Of a stretch of 64,000 bases of DNA, positions 34,653-47,321 are shown in pieces (the stretch's first letter is position 1; every line of letters begins with the position of its first letter). A program made the position numbers and the translations under genes. Source of the DNA: Piromyces finnis finn. Its lineage: Eukaryota; Fungi; Neocallimastigomycota. The notes below the pieces were generated by a model. That model saw only the letters and a program-made list of their open reading frames with translations. It made no database searches and was not told where the DNA came from. Location: contig MCFH01000099.1 in assembly GCA_002104945.1 (NCBI GenBank), positions 1 through 64,000 of the forward strand. Direction: 5' to 3'.

Positions 34653-35207
34653 AAGTACCAGATTGAATCTGACGCTTACAAAGTTCTTTCCATTCCCTTG
34701 AATTGTAATTAATATTAACTTTATGCTATATACTTTTAAAATTTCCTTTCTACTTTAAAAAAAACTTAAAATGTTTATAATTTCAAACATTCCTACTTTT
34801 CAAACATTCCTAAGTACTTACAACTTCTATTTAAATTTAAGAATCTAATTAAATAAATGAAATTTAATTTGTAATATTAAAAATGTTTTTTTTTTTTTTT
34901 TTTAATTTATTATTGAAATTCTAAAATATGTAATTTTTGTTATTTATATATATATCAAAATGAACATTTATGTAATATTTATAATGAATAATTGATATTA
35001 ACATATGATAATAAACTAAAGAAGATATTTTAATAATAAAAAGAAATTAAATATAAAACCCATATTACTTTATAATACAAGTTCACATAAAAAACATATA
35101 TTAATTACATCAACGTATTTATATATTATTTTTTATATATTTATTTATTTATTTTATTGATTGCTAAATTCTTAAAATTCATCACAATGTCAATATTTAT
35201 TTCAAAT

Positions 35208-36084
35208 TTACTTTAAGGATGGGAAGTCATTAGTATCGTCGACGTTAACCTTGTTGTTGGCTGGACGCTTGTTGTTGTTTCTGTTTTGGCGACCACCGCG
35301 ACCACCACGACGACTGTCGTTGAATCTTTGTTCGATTTCGTAAACAAAAGTCTTTTCCTTTTGCTTCTTAACCTTGTGAACCTTTTCGTTACCCTTACCG
35401 GCGAAGTAAGCTTCTTCATCCTTGGATAATTCAACAGTTTCACCCCACTTAGATTCATCAACACCTTCGTTAGCAGATCTGATGGTGTTTTCGTTGGCAA
35501 CAGTCTTCTTAGCTTGACTAGCAAGGTAGTCTTCTAAAGTCATTAATTTTTCTTCTGGCTTAGTTTCCTTAACTTCTTCTTCAACTTCGTTTTGTTCAAC
35601 TTCAGCGGTTTCTTCTAAGTTTTCGGTATTCTTACCCCAAGAACCCTTACCAGCAACATCCTTCTTTTGACTGTCTCTTCTGGCAGAACCACTGTGACGA
35701 TCGAATTCACGACCACGTCCCTTGTATTCACCACGACCACCACGACGACGGTCACCACCACGACGGTTGTCACCACCTTCAGCAGATCTAGCTGGTCTGG
35801 CTGTTTAACAAAAGTAATAATAATAATTTAATATACGTAATTCTAAAATTTCTATTTTAAATAATACAAATTTAATATATTTAACACTTACAAGATTTAC
35901 CAGCGAAACCACCACGCTTTGGGTATTCGTTTCTTAATCTGTTTTCTCTTGGAGTAGCACGACTGTTGTCGACGACTTCGTTCTTGAGAACCTTCTTTTC
36001 ATTTCTGGTGAGCTTAGTGGTGTTTTGGGTAGTTTCTTCTTCACCCAAAAGTTCGAAAGGATTTTTTGACCGGACGTCAGCCAT
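35208..36084 (-). CDS. STM1: Stm1/SERBP1 (HABP4_PAI-RBP1) family ribosome-associated RNA-binding protein; 2 exons
   Basis: N-terminal SKNPFELLG, RGG tracts, REFDRHSGS..DSQKKDVAGKGSWG, MTLEDYLA and C-terminal DDTNDFPSL. GT-AG intron at 35900-35801. Confidence 0.88.
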
Positions 36085-37633
36085 CTTATTGTTATATTTA
36101 AATAATATTATAAAATGAAAATATATTTATTATTATGCTGAACATTTTTTTTAATTTCTTTTAATTTAATAACAGAACAAATTCTTTTTTTTTTATATTT
36201 TTTTCTTAAAAATAAACCCATTTTACATTTCGTATTGTATCTTCACATTTATAGTTTTAAATCTTCTTATATATTTTTTTATTTGAATATATTAAAGATG
36301 GATGAATATTTAATATTTTCTTTCAGTTATTATGGTTATTGTTTATTTACACCTATTATTTTTGTCATTTAACATTTATTTTGTAATCATTTTGATTACA
36401 ATAAACTATATACATCCATTAAATATTACCAGTACTTCTTTAAAATAATAACTTTTCCACTTAAATTAAAAATTAAAAATAACAATTAAATACACATAAA
36501 AAACTTATTCCACATAATCAACATCATTATATACCTTTTATTTCTAGTAAATGTATGGAAATAAAATTTAAAAAGAGAGGTAAATTTATTACAAAATTAT
36601 TCAACTTTTCTAACATTTTGATTGACAAATAATATTTAAGAATTACTAGTAGGAAAAAATTTTAAAATGATTTTGACCAATCAAATCAAGTTATTCAAAG
36701 TGGGATAATAAACAAAAATAAAATAATATTATGTAATAAATATAAAAAAAACAAAAATTAAAGAAAAAAAGTGGTGAAAAAATGGTAGTAGTGTTAGAAT
36801 TATGGTACTATGTGTTATAAAGATATATTTATATATTTTACACTATTAATAAAATTGATGATTTTTTTTTTTTAACAAACATTATGGTATTAAAAAGTAA
36901 ATTTTTTGATTTTAGTATAAAGAAATTTATATTGAAAATAAATATTATTTAAAGGGTTTTTTTTCTTTTTTTTTTTTTTTGTGTGTGTGTGCTATTAATG
37001 TATTATTATATTATAAGGGTATTTTAGTAATTATTTCTTAAATATGAAATTGTCAAATTATAGTAAATTTGTCAATCTTTTAATAGATGAATTTTCTTTA
37101 AAAAGTTAAAGAAAACTATAGTTATTTACATATCCTTAAACGTTATATTAATCTTTTTAATTTAGTATTAATTTTATTGAAGTTTTTTTTATATTAAACT
37201 AAATAGTAATGAGGAAAAAAACAAAAACTAAAAAAAAAAAATAAAAGAAAAAACAATTTATAAAAAGGCATCAAAAAAATTATTAAATTTTATTTGGGAA
37301 GGTGTTTATTTATTTTTTTTTCTTTTAAAATATCTTTATATTTCAGCAATATTGAATGTTTTTTTTATAGTATTTTATTACATGTTTCTTTTTTTTTTTT
37401 TGTTTTATTTCATTTGACTTTATTTGATTCTAATTCATATATCTGGTTTTTTAATATATAAAATATGATATTTTTGTATAAGACTTTTAAAATTTTATCA
37501 CAATTTGACTTTTTTTTTTGAAAAAAAAAAAAAATGAAAGTAAAGTATTCTAATGAGGAATAACTTTTTATTTTTGCTTTTCCTTTATCTATATAAATAT
37601 TTCCTAATAATGAAGAAAAAGAAAAATAGTATT

Positions 37634-39813
<2,180 letters not shown>

Positions 39814-41972
39814 TTATATTTATATATTTTTATTTTATTATTATTGTTGTTTATTTTTTTTTTTACTTGTTTCTATTTTATTTTATTTTATTTATTTTTT
39901 ATTTTTGAATTTGTATAAATATATATTTTATTTATAATTTGATTTTGATATTATAAACAATGTTCTATTTCTATATATTGTATTATACTATTATAATGGA
40001 AAGATATTTTTCTTTTATTTATTAAATATTTTTCTTTTTATTGAAAAAATTGGTATTTAGGGATTTCTTTCTTTTTATTAAAAAGAAAATAAATTTAATA
40101 GTTGTTGTTGTTGTTATTATTGAATGAGTGATAATTATTAAGAGTTTTTTTTAAGAAGAAAAAAAAAAAAAAGAAAAAAAATTTAAAATCTAAATTTTAT
40201 TGTTATGTTTTTTTTTTTTTTATTTTTTTTATTTTTTGTTTTTGTTTTTTTTTTTTTTTTTGTTTTTTCGTAAAGAAAATAATAATTTTAATTTTGAATC
40301 ATGAAATTTGATAATATAAAAGTTTAATTGTTTTTTATAGTTGCTATTATTATTAAAGTCTTAAATTATGTTTTATGTATTGATGATTGAGTTATTTTTT
40401 TTCCCTTCTAAATAACTTTATTTTAAAGAATAATAAGTATACATATATATATTTTTTTAAGGAATCTTCAATTTAAAGTGAATATCATATAAACTTTATT
40501 ATAAATATTTAATATATTATTATTTTATAATTTTTTTTTACTGTTAAAAATTTAAAATTTTTATTTAATTTATAAAAAAAAATTTTATTTAGTTTCGATT
40601 ATACTTTTTTTGTTAGATGATGAAAGTTAATTTTATATTATATTAAACTATAATATAATTTAATAGTTAAATAAATTAAAAAAAAAAAAAAACCAGGAAA
40701 AAAAAACAATATAGTAATGAATACTATAAATAAAAATAAAATTTAGTAACAACACAATTTAGATAAATAATATATTTTTATTTATTAAAATTATTATTTA
40801 AAATAAAAAGTATCTTTAAAAAAATTCATTTATTCTCTTATTTTTTATTATTTATTATTTTTAAAGTTGTTTAAGCACATTCATCGTTTCCCTTTTAACT
40901 TTGCATTCACCATCCTTTTATGCTTAATTCAGTCAAAGAATTTCGTACGACATACATTTCATATTAAATAAAGTTGAAAATTTATCCAATAAAATAAAAC
41001 GATCAAAAACCTTTTTTAAAGTATTAATTCTAACCTAGAATTTGTTAAATTGTTCAAATTATAATAAAAAAAAATAGGTATATAACAATAGCTATACTTT
41101 ATTTCAGTAATACTAATTAAATAAAATTTAAAAAGATTATTATTTAATACTATTAAAGATATCGTGTAGATGGGTAATATATATATTTTTACTCTATAGA
41201 CTTTTTATATTACTATTTATTAATATAATTTATATTTTTTAAAAATTCAACCAAATATAAACATATAAGCCATACTTTTTTTTTTTTTTTTTGTTTCCTA
41301 TCTCCTTTCCCCTTTTGTTTTTCTATGGAAAATTAAATTTAAAAGAAAAAATATTTTCTTTTTTTTTCAAATGTTTTTTGGTATCCATACTATTTATTTT
41401 ATATAATTATATCTTTTTCATTTTTAAGTATAATTCCTATTCTTCTTCAGAAAGTAATTAATAATATTTTTTTCATATATTTTATCATTTTTATTTAAAG
41501 TCTAAAATAGGTATTTATATATAAAAATAAGTATAATACATTTGTATATACATGTTTTTTTATTGTAATTTAATGGTAATATATAAATATATTTTATTTA
41601 TGATTTATGCTTTTTTTTCTTATTTTTAGATTGCATTAATAATAATAAAAAAAAAACTGTTATTAATTAATAATTATTATTATTATTATCATTTTTTTAG
41701 CAAAATACAATATATGACATATGATTTTATTAAAAAAAAAGCCTTCTAAATTGTAATTCTATAATGAAAACAATTTAATTACTTTAATAATTTTTATAGG
41801 TATATATATATATTATTAAGTTCTAATAAATGTTTATATTGTATAATAATGTATAATGTGTATTTTTATTTTACTATATAACAACTATATAATAACTATA
41901 TTTTTTTTAATATATTATGTAATTTTTATTTTGCTTTTTTTTCTACTATGGTATATTATTTTTAGATAATAT

Positions 41973-44490
41973 TTATTTCTTGCTACGGCAACACATAAAT
42001 AAACCAATGACAATGACAATAACAACAGCAACAATACCAGCAACAATCCAGTAGTTGAAACCACCTTCATCAGTTGATTTATCTTTGGTTTGAATATTAC
42101 TGTTTAATGGTACGGTATTGTTCATTGGAACAGTGTTTACTAAAGTATTATTAGTTGATAAAGAGTTATTTGGAAGTAAACCATTTGTGGTAACTATACC
42201 ATCATCAAGATTACGTTCTTTAATAACTTGTCTAAGTCTAGCAACTTTTTCTGGTGAAACACCAGCTTCTTCAGCAACATCGGCCAATTCACTTAAAGTA
42301 AGAATTCTACCTTCAGCTTGTGCCTTAGCATCAGCTTCTCTTATTTTTTCAACCATGGCATGTGGATATCCAAGAGCTTCAGCAATATTACAAAGATCAG
42401 CAATAGTAATTGGTGTACCTTGAGCAGCAGCCAAAGCTTCATATTTCTTAACTTTTTCAAGCATTTTATCGGAGACTCCCATAGCAGCAGCTAATTCAGA
42501 AATAGAAATAGTACTAAAAGTAGAGGATGAAGTTATACCATTTCCAGTAGTAGTGGTGGTGGTATTAGTGGCTGTAGAAGTATTTGTTTTGGAAATAATA
42601 TTATCAAGAACAGTACTAACATCCTCATATGATGCATTATCCTTGGTACCAGAATCTTGTTTATCATTTAAAACATTACCGAAATTACCACTATTATTGT
42701 TTCCACTTTTATAAATATCCATGACTTGATTGATCATGGAATCTGGTATACCATATCCCTTGGCTATTTTAACAACATCATCAATAGTGAGAACTTTACC
42801 TTTTGCAGCATATTCTTTTTCAAGTTGTTTAACCTTTTCAACCAAGTATGGTGGTGCACCATTAGCAGCAGCCAATTCAGACATTGATTGTTGGCCAGAA
42901 GATGAATTATTGTTTTTAATACCTGCATCATTTGAAATTGGTTTTTGTGTAGGTTGATTTGGTTTATTATTATTTTCAGCTGGTGTTGGTAATGGCTTAA
43001 TGTTATCATTACTATTACCATTATTACCATTATTATTACCATTAGCATTATTTATTATATCTTTAATTTGTTGAATCATATCTTCTGTGGCACCATAACT
43101 TCTGGCTAATCTAATGACTTCATCAAGAGTAAGGGTTTTACCTTGAGCTGCATATTCTTTTTCAAGTTGTCTAGCCTTTTCAACTAAAAATGCTGGTGCA
43201 CCATTAGCTTCAGCCAAATCAGCAAAAGATTGTTGATTAGGTAATTTTGTTGGTTCTGATTTATGTGTACTTACAGTTTTAGTGATAATTTGAGGATGTG
43301 AAGAAGTGGTGCTTTTTTTAGTAGTAACGTTGTTACTAGTAACAGTAATGACAGGTATATTTTGAGTAGTTGCTGAAACAGTAGAAGTTTTTGTTTTAGT
43401 TTGAATGTTAGTATTAACATTTTTAATCATCTCAATGACATCATCTGGAATTCCATAAATCTTGGATAATCTAATAACTTCATCTAAGGTAAGAGTTTTA
43501 CCTTGAAGAGCATAGAGAGATTCGACTTGTTTAATTTTTTGAACAATGGAAGCTGGAGCACCATTAGCTTCAGCTATTTCAGAAACAGATGGTCCATGGG
43601 TTTGAACACTTTTGGTTGTAGTAGTAGTTTTTGGTATTGTTGTAGTATGATGAGTTGTAGTAGTAGTATGATGAGTTGTAGTAGTAGAATGATGAGTTGT
43701 AGTAGTAGAATGATGAGTTGTAGTGGTAGAATGATGAGTTGTAGTAGTAGAATGATGAGTTGTAGTGGTAGAATGATGAGTCGTAGTAGTAGAATGATGA
43801 GTTGTAGTAGTAGAATGATGAGTTGTAGTGGTAGAATGATGAGTTTTAGTAGTAGCATGTTGAGTTGTAGTTGTGGTGTGATGAGTAGTTGTAGTAGTTG
43901 TTTTATTAGGTGTTGGAATTGGATTACTAGTTGAAGGAGGTATAAAAACATTACCACCACCGAATCCAGCTAATAATTTAAGTTTGTTAAGAGTACTTTC
44001 AGGAAGACCAGCCTTTTCAGCAATTTCAAAGGCATCAGATAAAGTTAAGGTTTTTCCTTGGTCTTCATATTCCTTTTCGACTGCCTTTATTTTATCTACA
44101 ATATCTTTTGGGGCACCATACATTTGAGCCATTGTTGATACCTTTAAAGCTCTTTTTTCAATTTTTGAAAAATTTTCAAAGAGAGAATAAACATTTTTAT
44201 TTTTTTTGTTGAAATATTCTTTGTCTTTAAATTCTTTTAAATCATTTTTCAAATCTTTTAAATTAGCGATTCTAACTACATTGTTAACGTTTTGATTAAT
44301 ATTATCAATGTATGCTGGTAATGCTGAAATGCAATAGATAAAAACTAGTATTTTTTTATTTTTTTAAAAAAAAAATATTAATTAACTGAAATAATTTATT
44401 TTTTTTATTTTCATTATATATGATAATAATTTGTTCATATATATTCTTTTACTTACGATATGTTATCAATATAATGGACTTAACAAACAT
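41973..44490 (-). CDS. Secreted-pathway type I membrane protein with repeated helical modules separated by T/S/N-rich spacers; 2 exons
   Basis: Exon 1 MFVKSIILITY (ATG 44490, gtaagt donor) joins to LFIYCISALPAY... (signal peptide). A KR dibasic site precedes the first module. The recurring motif is S..ELAxAxGAP..lVEKxKQLEKEYAAQGKxLTLDEV..lA..YGxP..mI..I. C-terminal TM YWIVAGIVAVVIVIVIGLFMCC-RSKK. Confidence 0.88.
43641..43900 (-). repeat. 21-bp coding tandem repeat, (THHSTTT)n, about 11-12 units
   Basis: Plus-strand unit gatgagttgtagtagtagaat. Confidence 0.92.
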
Positions 44491-47196
44491 TTTTAAATTA
44501 TTATTTATTTTAAACTTAAATATTTTATTTATTTATTTATTTTTTTTTTTTTTTGTAAATTTTATTATTATTATTACTTCTAATTTATCATAAATATTTC
44601 ATTTACAATAATTTATAATAACAATAAAAATTACTAATATTATTTATTTCTTTTTTTTTCTTGATTAAAAATAGAGAATTATTTCTTCTTTTATATTTCG
44701 TATTTTTTTTAAAGTACCCAAATAGTTAATTAATAATACACAAGATTTATTTGGATATTTATTAATAAAAAAAGGCAAATTATATTTTTATAAAAGGACT
44801 AATTAATATAATATATTGGGATATTAATTACACATGTATTATACATTTATTATGAATCATATATAATACATAACATTCAATATTATATTTAAATTTATAT
44901 ATTAGGAAATTTATGTTTCACAAATAAAATAATTGTTCTATTTAATATAAATTTTAAATAATATTAAAATTTTAATTGTATATGTGATTTATAGAAATTC
45001 TTTAGTTCCTATTGGATAAAAACCTTTCTTCTAAAACCTTTTTTGTCTATAATAGGATAATAGTAGTTCAGTAATATTATATCCAATAAAAAAATATAGA
45101 CATTTTAGTATTAAAATATATACACAATGTAAATATAAATATATTACAATATATTGATTCTATTCATAATGTGTAATTTGATACAAAAAGCTTTCTTTCT
45201 TTCTTTCCTTTTTTTTTTTTTGGTGAAGTCATATATTATCTTTAAAAATGTAAAATGTGATTTATATACAAAATGTACAATAGGAATTGAAAAGAATAGT
45301 AATTAAAGTTTAGCATCAAAGATATTTTTTTAATATAGTCATCTTTATTAAAATTAAAAATAATAATAAATAAACTTTATTCAAATTAAAATGGAAAATT
45401 TTTATAAAAGTTTAAAAAAATAACATGAGAATTGAAAAATAATCCATAAAAGAAGAAAAGGAATGTCTTTTCATTTATCATAGTAATTCATATATATTAT
45501 AGCTAAAAAATATAGTTTATTTAAATATAAAAAATTAAAATAGTATCTATATTTTTATTTGTTTTTAAAGTTTTTATTTCTATATATTAAAAGCATTTAT
45601 ATATATTTTTGATTATTACTTGCTATTCAATGGCATATTTAATGCTAAAAACATACAAACGAGAAAAAAACTTTTTTTACAACACTATCAATGATAATAA
45701 CAGTTATTTCTGCTACTATTACTACCAATAACAATAAATTAGAAATCATAACATAAATTATAAATAATACTAATAATAATAGTAATGAATTAAAATAAAA
45801 TATATTTTTTTTTATATTAATATTATTTAAAACTAAAATTAGTTTAATGAATTAGAATAATAATAAGTTTATTATTTTTTTTTTATTTTGAAAAAAAAAT
45901 GATACTTTAAAAAAAAAGTGGGATAATTTTAATATAAATATGAATTTTTATTGCATTTTAATTAAAAAACATTTTTAGAATAATAGTAATTATTGTTTAC
46001 TAAAAATTATATTATTAAGTTATCTTTTATAGACAGAATCACGAAATTCATTACTTTCACCTATACCTACTATTCCTAATTATATAATAATAAATAAAAC
46101 AAACATTATATAATAATCAATAATAACAATGGCAATATTAATTAATTAATTAATTAGAAATTTTCGAAAATTTGAAAATATAATTTTGTATATTAAATTG
46201 ACCTTAAAATTAATAATATATTTCTATATTTCATTTTTTTTATAATATGAAACTTAACTTCATTGCTTACATTATAAATAAAAGACTTTTAATTTAATCT
46301 ATTTCCAAGTACTTTACTGTTTTCCTGCGTTTATATAGAGTCTTTGATTTTTTTTATATTATAAAAAATAAAATTCTTTTCATTTTTAATGGTTTTTTTA
46401 ATATTATACTTAAAAATATTTATAATGTTGAGATCATTTTTTTTCTATTTCATTAACAACGTATGATTATATAGATATGCAGCTTTAAATTCGAATTTAA
46501 TAAATTTCATAAGAAATGTAAAAAGTTCTCATTAACTGCTGCTTTATTTTTGCAATTTAGTATTGAATATTATTAAAGATATCATACCATTAGTAATTTA
46601 TATAATTTTAGTAATGATGTTAATAATTCATTCCACGATGGTGCCAGACTTTATAATATTAATTTTGTTTATACAATTTTTCCTAGTGGTAAAGTCAAAA
46701 AAAAGGTTAAAGATTAATAACAAAAAAAAAAAAATAAAAGAAATAAAGATATTAAATAACTATATTAGATATAATAATTTTGATTCTACTTCCTATTATA
46801 AAATATTCATAGTATTTTTTTAAATTATTTATATATATATGTAAAATACACCATTGAAATTCATTTATGATTTTTTAATAATCAAATTAAATAGTTTTAG
46901 ATTAAGGGTTAAGGGAATAACTCTATTATATTAAAAAAAAAAAAAAAAAAAGCAATTTTTTAAAGATGAATAATGTATAATATTTTATTTTTATAGTAAT
47001 ATTATTTTTTACTTATATATAGATGAAATAATATTACTGCTATTACAAATTGAATAATTTTAAACTTTGAATGAAAAATTAATAAATATAAAGTATGCAA
47101 TTTAAAATTTAATAGTACAAATATTTATGATGTATATAATTTATTAAAATTGAAATTGTTTAATAATCAATGGAAAATACAATTGCATATTAAAGC

Positions 47197-47266
<70 letters not shown>

Positions 47267-47321
47267 TTTTAAAAATTATTATTTCAAAATTAAAATATAA
47301 TATTATTTTTGTTTTAATAAT

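Larger units (their letters stand above)
13581..34716 (-). mobile_element. Cluster of at least 10 nested/tandem copies of a single poly(A)-tailed non-LTR (LINE-like, APE-RT) retrotransposon family, all in the same orientation
   Basis: The 3' terminus (T)n-aacggcatcaaatattttaaac recurs on the plus strand at ~13595, 15114, 15177, 15868, 16687, 22142, 22404, 22885, 23357 and 28946. Three intact ORFs and exact 13-bp TSDs are present. Confidence 0.96.

Noticed and set aside
13230-34900. tRNA- or rDNA-targeted insertion, or a telomeric array
   Set aside because: No tRNA, rRNA or telomeric repeats are recognisable at either flank, and ordinary genes lie on both sides.
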